The notes under the pieces are model-generated. The model worked only from the letters and a program-made list of their open reading frames with translations. It was not told where the DNA came from and did no database searches. Position numbers and translations under genes: made by a program. A stretch of DNA of 64,000 nucleotides, from positions 1,312,001-1,376,000 of the forward strand of contig CBDCDC010000002.1 in the NCBI GenBank assembly GCA_965215195.1. The letters run 5' to 3'. The DNA comes from Candidatus Latescibacterota bacterium (lineage in GTDB: Bacteria; Latescibacterota; UBA2968; UBA8231). This document shows, piece by piece, positions 25,305 to 35,941 of this stretch. Every line of letters starts with the position of its first letter. The first letter of the stretch is position 1.

Positions 25305-28136
25305 ATGTTTCAACTAACAGAGAGCGACCTGAATCTGCGTGAAGAATACCCCAGGGGAAGTTCTCCACTTCTCTGCGATGTGGAACTTCGACAAACATTG
25401 TATTCGGTATTCTGGCGGGTTGGTCGCTCTTCTTTTTTTCTTCTGCTCGCCCTCCTGCTCCTGCCAGCGGCCCTTTGTGCCCAACCCCTCGCCATGGCCC
25501 CAGATGCGCTCGACTTGGGCGTAGTCGGCGTCGGCGCGGAGGCACGGGCGTCCATTTCCCTCGAAAATCTGCAAGACGACGCGCTCGAAGTGATCGTCGG
25601 CATTAGCGGAGCCGGTTTTGGCACGGCAGCGGATACCCTGCGCTTGGAGGGCAAGGGCGTCAGCCGCGTCGAAGTGCGCTTCAAGGCCGCCGCGGCCGGG
25701 GAGTATGCGGGCGAACTGATCTTGCAGGTAGCCGCGTTGTTCAAAGACCAGCGCCTAATCGTGCCGCTCCAAGCGGTAGCCGTCGTTCCGACCTTGGTAC
25801 TGTTGCCGGCCGAAGGGCTGGATTTTGGCGCAGTGCCCGTCGGGCAAGTGGCGACAGCAGCCGTTATCGTCAAAAACACCGGCCCCGCGTCCGTGGCGGG
25901 CGGGCGGATGGCCGTTGCTGATCCACAGGGTCCCTTTAGGATTGAGGGCGACGCTGGCCCTTGGCCCGCCCCCGGCCGTGAAACGCGGATAGACGTTACT
26001 TTCGCGCCGATGCGCGGGGGGCTGGTTGCGACTGAGTTCGTGGTCACCGCGCCCGACTTTGGGGCTTGGTCCATTCCCCTGCGGGGGAGCGGTCTGGTGC
26101 CGCAAGCGGCCTTTTCGCCTCTCCCGCAAGTGGGCCTCAACTTTGGTGCTGTCGAGGTGGGCCAGCGCCTAACGCGCCGCGTGACCGTCCTCAATCAGGG
26201 CCAGGCCGAGCTGCACATTGAAAGCACCGCCGTCGAGGGTGCGGCCTTTGTCCTCGGGGCCGGGGACTCGTCGGCCACCATTGCGCCCGAGGGGCGGCTC
26301 AACCTGAGCGCGGCGTTTGTGCCGCAGAGCGAAGGCGACCAAAGCGGCGTCCTGCGCCTGCACACCAGCGATCCGCAAGCGGCTGTGGTCGCCATCCCCC
26401 TCGCGGGTCGCGGCCAAATCAGCCCGCCGCGCATCGAGGTTCTCAATAGCGACATTGATTTCGGCAGCGTGCCCATCGGTCAGACCGCGCCCGGCCATTT
26501 GCTATTGTGGAACAGGGGCGGCCGGCCGGGCGTGGTGGAGCTCGCCTTGGCCGCGGACGAGGGCGTTGAATTTGCCCTCGAACAGCACTCAGTCCTCGTC
26601 CAGCCTAGGGCCAGTGCCCAAGTAGCGCTGAGTTTCTCGCCCAAGGAAGCCGGTGCCCGCCGAGCCACTCTCCGCGTCAAGGCCGAAGCCGCGCACCAAA
26701 CCGTGCGCTTGCAAGGCGTAGGCCAGTTTTTCGCCCTCAGCCCGGCGACCGTTGACTTCGGTCGAGTCGCGGTCGGCGAAAGCAGCAGCCAAGTCGTCGA
26801 AATAGCCAATGTGGGCAACGCCGATTTTGAAATTCACCAACTTCGCTCGACGAGTGCCGAGTTCACCGCCCACGCCCCAATTGACGCCGACAACAAGTTC
26901 CTGTTGCCGGCCCACAGCCAGCGCACCTTGCCCCTGCACGTGGCCTTCAGCCCGTCAGTTCGCGGCGCGATTTCCGGGACCTTGCGCTTGGACGGCTTGG
27001 GCGCGAATGAGCTGACCACGCTCGACATCCTGCTCAAGGGCAACGGCGTGGCCGCCGAAATCGAGCTGAATCCGGCGGGCGTCGTCGATTTTGGCTACGT
27101 GATCTTAGGGGAGCAGGCGGAAAGGACCTTTGTGGCCACCAACGTCGGCGATACCGTGCTGCAAGTGGAGGCCCACCCCCAAAGCAAGGAGGCCCACGTT
27201 GCGCCGGCGCAATTCGCACTAGCCCCGGGCGAATCTGCGCGCCTCAAGCTCTTTTTTGTACCCGATGCCTTGGGCGAGCGCCGAGGGCGCGTTTTGTTGG
27301 TCAGCAACGACGTCAAGGACCGCGCCCGTCCGCTCGAATACAAGGGGCACGGAGTGCTGGCAGACATCGACTTGGCGCAGATTGTCGAGGTCTTGGTTGC
27401 GCACGGCGAGCAGACCCAGCCCTTGGCCGTCGGCTGGAACAATGCCCCGGTCGTGCAACAAGACGGCACCAAAGTGGATGTGGCCTTTGCGATTCCCGAC
27501 TCCCTGCGGCAGGCACTCATTGGTCGCGAGCTAGTCGTCGAGTGGACCCGGCTCGACGAAAACTACGACCCCAAGGGCAGCACCCATCAGAAGAAGGTCA
27601 AAATCTACGAGTCGAGCGCCGGGCGCGTCCTAGCCGAGGATCTCAACTTGCGGCTGTCGGAAGCAGACAATCGCCGAGTGCGGCTCAAAATCACGACCCA
27701 TAGCTACCCGGGTGCCCCGCCGCAGAGCGTGTCCCAGCTTTTGCAAGCCGGGGGCTGGAAGTGGGAATTTGAGGCCAAGCCGCTGGTTTCCTTTTTGACG
27801 ATCCGCCCCGGGCGCGATTATACCGATGCCGACGGCAACGCGGTCCGAGGCGAAACCGAGCGCCTGATTGGCCTGCCCGGATTGGCCTTTGCCGGCTGGC
27901 ACAACGTGGATAATCCGTCGATTTCCGGCGTCCATTTCACCGCCATCGGCAATGTCCTCGAAGCCCTTTCGACCGAAAACTCGCTGGCCATTTCTCTGGG
28001 CGTGGCCATTTCCTTTTACAAGGATCAGTTTCTCTTCGGCTTTGGCTGGGACATTTACGACAACCGACCCCGAGCCAAGAAGAAAGGCTCGCAGAACTAC
28101 ATTATGACCTTTAAGTACTCGGGGTTGTTCAAGTGA
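25305..28136 (+). CDS. Secreted protein with six ASH/choice-of-anchor-D Ig-like domains; start probably near 25380-25400
   Basis: Signal peptide FFLLLALLLLPAALCA; six (L/V/I)(D/N)(F/L)GxVxxG...N.G repeats; unrecognised C-terminal region. Confidence 0.8.
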   Translation: MFQLTESDLNLREEYPRGSSPLLCDVELRQTLYSVFWRVGRSSFFLLLALLLLPAALCAQPLAMAPDALDLGVVGVGAEARASISLENLQDDALEVIVGISGAGFGTAADTLRLEGKGVSRVEVRFKAAAAGEYAGELILQVAALFKDQRLIVPLQAVAVVPTLVLLPAEGLDFGAVPVGQVATAAVIVKNTGPASVAGGRMAVADPQGPFRIEGDAGPWPAPGRETRIDVTFAPMRGGLVATEFVVTAPDFGAWSIPLRGSGLVPQAAFSPLPQVGLNFGAVEVGQRLTRRVTVLNQGQAELHIESTAVEGAAFVLGAGDSSATIAPEGRLNLSAAFVPQSEGDQSGVLRLHTSDPQAAVVAIPLAGRGQISPPRIEVLNSDIDFGSVPIGQTAPGHLLLWNRGGRPGVVELALAADEGVEFALEQHSVLVQPRASAQVALSFSPKEAGARRATLRVKAEAAHQTVRLQGVGQFFALSPATVDFGRVAVGESSSQVVEIANVGNADFEIHQLRSTSAEFTAHAPIDADNKFLLPAHSQRTLPLHVAFSPSVRGAISGTLRLDGLGANELTTLDILLKGNGVAAEIELNPAGVVDFGYVILGEQAERTFVATNVGDTVLQVEAHPQSKEAHVAPAQFALAPGESARLKLFFVPDALGERRGRVLLVSNDVKDRARPLEYKGHGVLADIDLAQIVEVLVAHGEQTQPLAVGWNNAPVVQQDGTKVDVAFAIPDSLRQALIGRELVVEWTRLDENYDPKGSTHQKKVKIYESSAGRVLAEDLNLRLSEADNRRVRLKITTHSYPGAPPQSVSQLLQAGGWKWEFEAKPLVSFLTIRPGRDYTDADGNAVRGETERLIGLPGLAFAGWHNVDNPSISGVHFTAIGNVLEALSTENSLAISLGVAISFYKDQFLFGFGWDIYDNRPRAKKKGSQNYIMTFKYSGLFK

Positions 28137-29082
28137 GCAGGCGGCGGTACACCATGGCCGCTGCACACAAGTCCTGCGCTCCCATTCCCGTCAGATAGAC
28201 CGCGCTCGGCGCGGCCGCGCCAATCCGCCCGCAGGCGGCGGCGCCGATGTCCAGTACCGCGCCCGCGGCGTTCCGCGCCAAGGCGATCTGCTCGGCCCGG
28301 CCCTGCTCGGCCGCAAAGCGAAACTCCCCGGATTGCTGGGCTTGGGCGAGCACATCGACGACCACGGTGCGCTCGCAGAGCACTTCCGGCGCGAGCTGGC
28401 GCGTGCGACTATCCCCGGCCATGACCGCGAGGTAGGGGACCTCGGCCAGTGCGGCCGCACTTAAAATGGGCTGCGGCGTCGGCACCGCCGTCAGCACGGC
28501 GTCCGCGCCGGCCAGACACGCCTCTAGCGACGTCGCCATCCGCAGGTGCGCTCGCAGGTCTGGCCCAACCGCTTTGGCAAACGCCGCCCGGTTCGCCGCC
28601 CGGCGACTCGTGCAGGCAATCTCCGCCAAGTCAAAGAGCGCGTCGCAGGACAGGGCCAAGCTCCGCGCAATCCGGCCGGTTCCCAAAATAGCGACGCGCT
28701 CGATGGCTGCGCCCGCTAGGTAGTGGAGACCCAGCGCCCCGGCCGCGCCAGTGCGCCGGTCGGTGATGTGCCCGGCCTCTAGCCGCCACGCCCGGCCCTG
28801 TTGCAGATCTTCAAACGCAATATACGCCGCCCGCTTGGCCAACCGCCCGGTCGCCACGTCTGAAAACTCTTCGATGACCTTTCGCGCGCGAAATTTCCCC
28901 GGCCATTCGGCCGGCATGTCCAAGCGAAAGTAGTCGAGTGCCCCGCGCTTTTGAACGGATTCGGTGCGCGGCGGATTGTCGATGATCCCCGCGCCGTACT
29001 GCTCAAACGCCTCGTGACAGGCGGCGAGGAAATCAGCCGTGGAGAAGCGATGGGCAAAGGTTTCTTCGCGCAATAAATCCAC
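28129..29082 (-). CDS. Ornithine cyclodeaminase / mu-crystallin family
   Basis: ITDRRTGAAGA, ILGTGRIA, TGMGAQDL. Confidence 0.8.
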   Translation of the reverse strand: MDLLREETFAHRFSTADFLAACHEAFEQYGAGIIDNPPRTESVQKRGALDYFRLDMPAEWPGKFRARKVIEEFSDVATGRLAKRAAYIAFEDLQQGRAWRLEAGHITDRRTGAAGALGLHYLAGAAIERVAILGTGRIARSLALSCDALFDLAEIACTSRRAANRAAFAKAVGPDLRAHLRMATSLEACLAGADAVLTAVPTPQPILSAAALAEVPYLAVMAGDSRTRQLAPEVLCERTVVVDVLAQAQQSGEFRFAAEQGRAEQIALARNAAGAVLDIGAAACGRIGAAAPSAVYLTGMGAQDLCAAAMVYRRLLT

Positions 29083-29145
29083 ATCTCATCCTTTGTTTGC
29101 TTGACGTAACTTGCCGTTTTCTATTCATTTAATAACGTTGGAGCG

Positions 29146-29610
29146 ATGGAACGAGAAAACCCCAACGTGCAGGAGCTAATTTTGTGGGGGCTGGCTGTCG
29201 TGGCCATAGCCCTTCTCCTGAAGGCGGCCTTCTGGCCGCATTCTGCTGCACCCGAGCCAACGCCCCAGCGGGAAGTCCCCAAGCCGGAAACCACTCCCCA
29301 GCTCAGCCCCATTCGGGTCGAAATCCTCAATGGCGGAGGCGAACCGCAGATCGCTGCCCGCCTGCGCAAAAAGGCACGCGCCCTCGGGCTAGACGTGATT
29401 CACGAAGGCAATGCGCCCAGCTTCAACTACCTACACACCCTCGTCGTCGATTTGGACGGCGATATCGAGCAAGCCAGACAAGTGGCAGATGTCTTGGGAA
29501 TACCCCATTTTATCCAGCAGAAGAAGGAAGACCAGTTTAGCTTGGCGAGCGTCTCGATTGTCATCGGGCGCGACTATCGCCGCATCGGCCTGCTCAACCC
29601 GGCCAAGTAA
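29146..29610 (+). CDS. LytR C-terminal domain membrane protein
   Basis: TM helix, then IRVEILNGGG...SIVIGRDY; usual position upstream of rsfS. Confidence 0.85.
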   Translation: MERENPNVQELILWGLAVVAIALLLKAAFWPHSAAPEPTPQREVPKPETTPQLSPIRVEILNGGGEPQIAARLRKKARALGLDVIHEGNAPSFNYLHTLVVDLDGDIEQARQVADVLGIPHFIQQKKEDQFSLASVSIVIGRDYRRIGLLNPAK

Positions 29611-29628
29611 CACCGCGAGAAAGCGTCC

Positions 29629-30024
29629 ATGAGACAAGAGCCGCACATTGCCCGCGTGGTAGAAACTTTACAAGATAAAAAGGCCCTCGCAATAACCTTG
29701 CTGGACCTGCGCGACGTCACCGATACCTGCGACTACTTCCTGCTCTGTACAGGCACCTCTGAACAGCACATTCGCAGCCTCGCCGACGAAGTGCGGGACC
29801 AACTCGCCGAGATGGGAGAAAAGCCTTGGCACATTGAGGGCGCGGATACGCAGCGCTGGGTGCTGATAGATTACGTCGATTTTGTCGTCCACATCTTTCG
29901 CGCGGAGGTGCGCGATTTCTACGCCCTAGAGAGGCTGTGGGGCGACGCTGTGCGCACGGACTTCGCCGATGGGGACGCGCCCGAGGAAGCCGCAGAAACG
30001 CCCTTTGAATTTTCGACCTTCTAA
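29629..30024 (+). CDS. rsfS: Ribosome silencing factor
   Basis: DKKA, WVLIDYVDFVVHIF, RDFYALERLWGDA. Confidence 0.95.
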   Translation: MRQEPHIARVVETLQDKKALAITLLDLRDVTDTCDYFLLCTGTSEQHIRSLADEVRDQLAEMGEKPWHIEGADTQRWVLIDYVDFVVHIFRAEVRDFYALERLWGDAVRTDFADGDAPEEAAETPFEFSTF

Positions 30025-31064
30025 TGCCGATGCAAACGCTCAGATGGCAGGACAATGCCCTAGTCCTGCTCGACCAGACCCGCTTGCCCGAGGAGCTGGT
30101 GTACGCGGCCTATAGCCGCGTCGAGGCCATTGCCCGAGCTATTGAAGGACTGGTGGTGCGCGGCGCACCGGCCATTGGCTTGGCGGCTGCGTACGGGGTC
30201 GTGGTGGGGGCGTACGCAGCAGTTGATTGCGCCCCCGCGGCCTTTTGCCGCCGCGTGGAAGCGGCCAGCGCCCGCCTCGCCCGCACCCGGCCCACCGCGG
30301 TCAATCTGTTCTGGGCCTTGAAAAAGATGCAGGAGGTGTTAGCGGCGAATCAGGGCCGCGACAACTGCGCCATCTGCGATGCCCTACTAGCGGCCGCGCA
30401 CCGCCTCTTTGAGGAAGACCGCCAAATCTGCCGCCAGATCGGCACCCACGGCGCGGCACTCCTGCGCGATGGCAGCCAAGTCATCACCCACTGCAATGCC
30501 GGCGGCTTGGCCACGGCCGACTACGGCACGGCCTTGGGGGTCGTCTACGCGGCCCAAGAGGCGGGTAAGAAAGTGGCCGTGTTTGCCGACGAAACCCGCC
30601 CCTTGCTGCAAGGCTCGCGGCTGACGGCGTGGGAGCTGATGCAGAGCGGCATCGACGTCAAGGTCATCTGCGACAATGCAGCCGCGGTCGTGCTGCGGAA
30701 TGAGGCGATTGACTGCTGCATAGTGGGTGCTGACCGCATCGCCAAAAACGGCGACGTGGCCAACAAAATAGGCACCTACGGGCTGGCCATCCTCGCCCGC
30801 GAGCACGGCGTACCCTTCTACGTGGCCGCCCCGGTCTCGACCCTCGACATGGCCTTGGCCTCGGGCGCGGAAATCCCCATTGAAAAGCGCGACCCAGCCG
30901 AGGTGCGCCAAGGCATGGGCAAGCCCACGGCCCCGGACGCAGTGCCGGTTTACAACCCGGCCTTTGACGTCACGCCTTGCGACTTGGTGTCGGCGATCAT
31001 CTCGGAAAAGGGCGTCGCCCGCGCTCCGTACGAACCCGCCTTGTGCGCTTGGGTCGAGCCATGA
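30024..31064 (+). CDS. mtnA: S-methyl-5-thioribose-1-phosphate isomerase
   Basis: LLDQTRLP, VRGAPAIG, THCNAGGLAT, ETRPLLQG, NPAFDVTP. Confidence 0.95.
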   Translation: MPMQTLRWQDNALVLLDQTRLPEELVYAAYSRVEAIARAIEGLVVRGAPAIGLAAAYGVVVGAYAAVDCAPAAFCRRVEAASARLARTRPTAVNLFWALKKMQEVLAANQGRDNCAICDALLAAAHRLFEEDRQICRQIGTHGAALLRDGSQVITHCNAGGLATADYGTALGVVYAAQEAGKKVAVFADETRPLLQGSRLTAWELMQSGIDVKVICDNAAAVVLRNEAIDCCIVGADRIAKNGDVANKIGTYGLAILAREHGVPFYVAAPVSTLDMALASGAEIPIEKRDPAEVRQGMGKPTAPDAVPVYNPAFDVTPCDLVSAIISEKGVARAPYEPALCAWVEP

Positions 31065-31825
31065 GAACCTACTTGATCCTCCTCTTGCTGGCCCTGCTCG
31101 GCACGGCCCACTGCGCGAGCGCGCCGCGCTGGCGCTCTGACTCGGACGACGCCGCGCCCGTCAGCCGCGAGGAGTTCGACCCGAGCACCCTCGGCGAAGA
31201 CCCTTTGCTCATTGAGCCGGTTCAACGCGAGGGCCGCGACCAAGCTCAAACCCCAGCGGAGCCGGCCGCCCCCGTGCAAGACCGCGCTGCGGTAGCGAGT
31301 GCTGCGGCCTATCGCCTCCAGCTACTGGCCCTGAGTAACGAAGCTAGGGCCCGCCAGCTCCGCGTCGAACTAGAACGCACACTCGGCGTGAGGGTCTATC
31401 TAGTGGCCCGCAACGAGCACTCGGTGCTGCAAGCTGGCCAATACGCGACCCGCGCCGAAGCCGCGGCCCTCAAAGAGCAGGTCGCCGCTCTCGGCCCGGA
31501 CTACGCCGACGCCTATGTCGTCAAGGTCCCGGCTAGCGCGGAGCCTACCGAGGCCGCGGCCGAACAGGTGAGCACCGTTGGCTGGCGGGTGCTAATCGCC
31601 CAGTTCTTGGACCACGACGAGGCCAGCCGCCTCGCGGAAGAGGCAAAAAAACGCCTGCAGCGCGAAGATATCAACGTGACCTTTAAGGCCCCCCCTTGGC
31701 ATAAGATCGAAGTCGGCAACTACCGCACCGAGGCGCAAGCCCAAGCCGCGGCCGAACAAATCGGGAAGTACTACCCCAACGCCCTCAAGATCCGCTCCCA
31801 GATCTTCATTTCGCAGGAGGACTGA
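31061..31825 (+). CDS. SPOR-domain protein (two SPOR domains), probably exported or a lipoprotein
   Basis: Hydrophobic N-terminus with Cys; YRLQL..AGQYATRAEA; WRV..VGNYRTEAQA. Confidence 0.75.
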   Translation: MRTYLILLLLALLGTAHCASAPRWRSDSDDAAPVSREEFDPSTLGEDPLLIEPVQREGRDQAQTPAEPAAPVQDRAAVASAAAYRLQLLALSNEARARQLRVELERTLGVRVYLVARNEHSVLQAGQYATRAEAAALKEQVAALGPDYADAYVVKVPASAEPTEAAAEQVSTVGWRVLIAQFLDHDEASRLAEEAKKRLQREDINVTFKAPPWHKIEVGNYRTEAQAQAAAEQIGKYYPNALKIRSQIFISQED

Positions 31826-31831
31826 CGCGCC

Positions 31832-33706
31832 ATGCGCTTGTATTGCTGTATCATCGCCTTGCTGCTCATGGCCTGTGCCCATGGCAAAAGCACCGGACCT
31901 TTGGTCTTCGACGAGGCGGGCCCGGGCCCGTCTGCGGACCTGTCTGCGGACCCGCCGCCAGATACGGCCGACCTACGCGCCGTTCGTTGGCACTTGCTCC
32001 TCGCTATCGAGAGCCACGCGCTCGGGCAGACCCAACGGGCGCAAGAGGCCCTCGACGCGGCCATCGGCATTTTAGCCGACCTCGACGAGCACGACGCGCT
32101 CGTGGATACTGTGCAGGCCGCAACGCTCGGCCTAGCTATTGAACGGGCGTACCTCGACCTGTTGCCGCACTTGGAGCGCTTGCCCGCCGACAGCCACTTG
32201 AACCTGCTGCTCGAAGGGCTAGCCGAGGAAAAAGTCGAGCACCTGCTGGCAGATGCCGAGCCTTTGGTCCGCATCCGCCAGCTCGGCCGCCGCTGCGACA
32301 TGCCCATTGACGCCAACGATCGCGTCGTCGCCAGCCTCCACTTCTTCCAGACGCGGGGTCGCAAGACCTTTGCCACTTGGTTGCAGCGCGCCGGGCGCTA
32401 CCGCACACTGATCGTCGATATCCTCCGGCGCGAGGGGATGCCCAGCGATCTTTTTTATTTAGCAGTCATCGAGAGCGGCCTCAATCCAAGGGCCTATTCG
32501 CGGGCGCGGGCCGTGGGGTTGTGGCAGTTTATGGCGCATACCGGCCGCATGATGGGCCTCGAGCGCACCCATTGGATCGACGAGCGGCGCGACCCGATCA
32601 AGGCGACCGTTGCTGCTGCCCGATACCTAAAAGACCACCTCTTAGCAGAGTTCGGCGACTGGCGCTTAGCTTTGGCCGCGTACAACGCCGGGCCAGGACG
32701 AGTCCGCCGGGCCATCGCCCGCGCCGACACCAACGACTACTGGCAGCTCGATCTGCCCCGCGAAACGAAAAACTACGTGCCGCTCTTCATGGCCGCGGCC
32801 GTTATAGCCAAGGATCCACAACTTTTTGGTTTTGAGCCCCAAGCCGAAGAGCCAGCCTTTACATACGAGGAAGTCGTCCTGCCCGCAGACTGGCCGTATG
32901 TCGATCTGAAAGCGGCGGCTCAGCTCTTGGGCATCGAACGCCAAGTATTGCACGACCTCAACCCCGAGTTGCGCCAAGACATGACACCGCCGGGATCTCC
33001 GTCTTATGTTTTGAGGGTGCCGCGGGGTAAGAAGCAACTCTTGCTCGACCAGTACGCTAGCCTGCCGGCCCCACAGAAGGCGGCGGTCCATCGGTATCAG
33101 GTGCAACGCGGCGATACAATCTCTGGTATCGCCCAAGCCTTTGGCGTCTCCACGCAGGTCATTGCCGCGGCCAATAGCTTGAGAAACCCCCACCTCATCC
33201 GGCCGCGGCAGATGCTCTATATCCCGATCCCGTTCGCCCCAAAGGCCAAGCAAGCGCGTAGCAGCCGGGGGACCTATACCGTCCAGCCGAACGATGTACT
33301 CGGCCGCATCGCTTCCCAGCACGGGGTGAGGCTGCGCGACTTGATGAAATGGAACGGCCTCAAAACCACGCTGATCAAACCCGGTCAGGAATTGGTGGTG
33401 CGACGACAGCCTATCCCCGGCGCGACCTACACCGTGCAGCCGGGCGATACGCTGTGGGAGTTGGCCCGACACTTCTCGGTTAGTGTCAACGATTTGAAAG
33501 TGTGGAACGGCCTCAAAACCGAGCGGATCAAACCCGGTCAACAGCTAATCGTGGCCAACGCGCAAGCATACACCGTGGTCACGGGCGATACCCTGCACAG
33601 CATCGCCCGCAAATTCGGCCTCGCCCCCGGCGACATTGCCCGCCAGAACAACATCGGCCTCTCGGAGACGCTGCTGGCGGGTACGACCTTGCAAATCCCG
33701 CGGTGA
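31832..33706 (+). CDS. MltD-like lytic murein transglycosylase lipoprotein with four LysM domains
   Basis: Lipobox LMAC; IESG, AVGLWQFM, AAYNAG, ETKNYVP; four Y.V..(G/N)D LysM repeats. Confidence 0.92.
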   Translation: MRLYCCIIALLLMACAHGKSTGPLVFDEAGPGPSADLSADPPPDTADLRAVRWHLLLAIESHALGQTQRAQEALDAAIGILADLDEHDALVDTVQAATLGLAIERAYLDLLPHLERLPADSHLNLLLEGLAEEKVEHLLADAEPLVRIRQLGRRCDMPIDANDRVVASLHFFQTRGRKTFATWLQRAGRYRTLIVDILRREGMPSDLFYLAVIESGLNPRAYSRARAVGLWQFMAHTGRMMGLERTHWIDERRDPIKATVAAARYLKDHLLAEFGDWRLALAAYNAGPGRVRRAIARADTNDYWQLDLPRETKNYVPLFMAAAVIAKDPQLFGFEPQAEEPAFTYEEVVLPADWPYVDLKAAAQLLGIERQVLHDLNPELRQDMTPPGSPSYVLRVPRGKKQLLLDQYASLPAPQKAAVHRYQVQRGDTISGIAQAFGVSTQVIAAANSLRNPHLIRPRQMLYIPIPFAPKAKQARSSRGTYTVQPNDVLGRIASQHGVRLRDLMKWNGLKTTLIKPGQELVVRRQPIPGATYTVQPGDTLWELARHFSVSVNDLKVWNGLKTERIKPGQQLIVANAQAYTVVTGDTLHSIARKFGLAPGDIARQNNIGLSETLLAGTTLQIPR

Positions 33707-33707
33707 C

Positions 33708-34175
33708 ATGAATGCGGTCCGCCATATCCTCTTGCTGGCACTGGCCTTCACCCTGCAAACCACTTGGGTTGATTCCCTAGAGGTATGGTCGAGCAAACCC
33801 GATCTATTGATCGTGATATTGACCCTCGTCGCGCTGCGCAGCGGGCCGATTGTCGGGACCTGTATGGGGCTGGGAGTCGGCATCCTTCAAGACATATACC
33901 TGCCCGCGTACCTCGGAGTCAACGCGCTCGCCAAGTCGCTCATCGGCGCAGGCCTCGGCTACTGCCACGCCCGCATGGTCGCCGACAGCATCCAAGTCCA
34001 GACCGGGCTGGTTTTTCTCGCCGTGATCGTCCATGATCTCATCTACTACGTGGGTGCGAGGGCCGATTTGCCCCTTGAGGTGAGCATCTTGGTGGGCCGC
34101 GCCGCGTACACGAGCCTGATCAGTGCGGTTTTCTTCGCCGGCTTGGCCCTCAAGCGCCATCTCTTCCCCGCTTGA
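33708..34175 (+). CDS. mreD: Rod shape-determining protein MreD
   Basis: KPDLLIVI..GILQD..LGVNAL; hydrophobic; upstream of PBP2. Confidence 0.85.
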   Translation: MNAVRHILLLALAFTLQTTWVDSLEVWSSKPDLLIVILTLVALRSGPIVGTCMGLGVGILQDIYLPAYLGVNALAKSLIGAGLGYCHARMVADSIQVQTGLVFLAVIVHDLIYYVGARADLPLEVSILVGRAAYTSLISAVFFAGLALKRHLFPA

Positions 34176-35938
34176 TCATGGAATACCAAGTACAACAAGA
34201 TCAGCGCCCACCCCTCATCAGCCTCCTCGCACCCGTCGTCTTGCTGTTCGCGGTTTTGGTCTTGCGTCTGTTCTATTTGCAGGTCATCACCTCGGCCGAT
34301 TACGCCCGCGAGTCCGAGGAAAACCGCATTGCTCAGCGGCGCGTCAAGGCCCCGCGCGGGCTGATCTACGATCGCGATGGCCACATCTTGGCTCGCACCC
34401 GGCCGTTTTACACCGTCTCATTGGAGCGCACCACGCGCAAGGATTTCGACGCGGCCACCGCGGCGTTTACAGAGGCTGTCGGCGACCTAGAACTAGACGG
34501 CGAATACAGCCGCAAATACCGCACCATCCGCCTCAAGCGCGATGTTGATTTCCGCACGGTGTCGATCGTAGAGGAGCAGCTCAGGGCCGCTTGGCCCCTG
34601 CTCGATATTGAAATCGAGACCCAGCGCTACTATCCCCACGGCCCGGTGGCCGCCCATCTGCTCGGCTATCTCGGCATGATCCGCGACCAAGATCTACAGG
34701 GCAAAAACGATAACGCCTACGTGCTTGGCGACTTTATCGGCAAGACCGGAATCGAGAAGATGTACGAAAATAGCCTGCGCGGTCGCGACGGCATGGTGTA
34801 CGTCGAAATTGACGCAGTCGGGCGCACGGGCCGGGGGTTTCCCGAGCGCGACCTGCTCCCCGTACCCGGCGAGCCCCTGCATCTGACTGTTGACTTGGAG
34901 GTACAACTCGCGGCTGAGCGCGCCCTGCCCGATAGCTTGGCCGGGTCGCTCGTCGCGCTCGACCCGCGCACCGGGGCCGTGCTGGCCTTGGTCAGCAAGC
35001 CGACCTTTGACCCCAACATTTTCGTGTCGTTCCAAGCCCAAAAGGAGCGGCGGCGAGTGTTGCAGAGCGAGACCATGCTGCTCAACCGCGCCTTGCACGG
35101 GCGTTATCCACCTGGCTCAACGCTCAAGATGGTCAGTGCCATAGCCGCGCTCGAAACGGGCGTCACCGATACGCTGAGCCTGTTTGAGCCTTGCTATGGT
35201 TCGCTGACCGTGGGCAGGAGCAGGTTCCGCTGCCACAAGCGCGAGGGCCACGGCGGCTTGACCCTCTTAGGGGCGATCGAGACCTCCTGTAATGTTTACT
35301 TCTACCATTTGGCCCGGTTGCTGAGCATTGAAAGGTGGCACGAGTACGCGGCCAAACTCGGCTTCGGCCAGCCGACCGGGGTCGTCCATCCCGGGGAAGC
35401 GGCCGGCCTCCTGCCCTCGCGCCAGTACTACGAGGAGCGCGGCGGCTGGTCCTTCGGTCACCTGCTCAACCTCTCCATTGGCCAAGGGGCCGTACTGGTC
35501 ACGCCCATTCAGATGGCCCGCTACGTGGCCGCCATTGCCAACGGTGGCTACTTGGTCACTCCATACATCAGCGGCGCTCCACCCCCCCGCCAACGCATTG
35601 ACGGCATTTCGCCGCAGACCGTCGACATCGTGAGAAAGGCCATGCTGCGGGTGGTGGCCAACAACACCGGCACCGGCCGGCGAGCGCGGGTTGCCGGCGT
35701 CGCAATTGCGGCCAAGACTGGTACCGCGCAAGTGCCCAACCGAGACGACGACGCTTGGATGGTGGCCTTTGCTCCGTACGAGGATCCCGCCATTGCCATA
35801 GCGGCCGTGGTCGAAGGGGGCGGCAGCGGTGGGATGCGAGTTGGCCCGGTCGTGCGCGAGGTCGTCAAAGCCTTCTGTATCCAAGAGGGGATCATTGCTC
35901 CAGCAGACACGCTCTTAGCTAACCACGGAACGCTTTAG
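34172..35938 (+). CDS. mrdA: Penicillin-binding protein 2
   Basis: RGLIYDR, PGSTLK (SxxK), SCN, KTG. Confidence 0.92.
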   Translation: MIMEYQVQQDQRPPLISLLAPVVLLFAVLVLRLFYLQVITSADYARESEENRIAQRRVKAPRGLIYDRDGHILARTRPFYTVSLERTTRKDFDAATAAFTEAVGDLELDGEYSRKYRTIRLKRDVDFRTVSIVEEQLRAAWPLLDIEIETQRYYPHGPVAAHLLGYLGMIRDQDLQGKNDNAYVLGDFIGKTGIEKMYENSLRGRDGMVYVEIDAVGRTGRGFPERDLLPVPGEPLHLTVDLEVQLAAERALPDSLAGSLVALDPRTGAVLALVSKPTFDPNIFVSFQAQKERRRVLQSETMLLNRALHGRYPPGSTLKMVSAIAALETGVTDTLSLFEPCYGSLTVGRSRFRCHKREGHGGLTLLGAIETSCNVYFYHLARLLSIERWHEYAAKLGFGQPTGVVHPGEAAGLLPSRQYYEERGGWSFGHLLNLSIGQGAVLVTPIQMARYVAAIANGGYLVTPYISGAPPPRQRIDGISPQTVDIVRKAMLRVVANNTGTGRRARVAGVAIAAKTGTAQVPNRDDDAWMVAFAPYEDPAIAIAAVVEGGGSGGMRVGPVVREVVKAFCIQEGIIAPADTLLANHGTL

Positions 35939-35941
35939 CTC

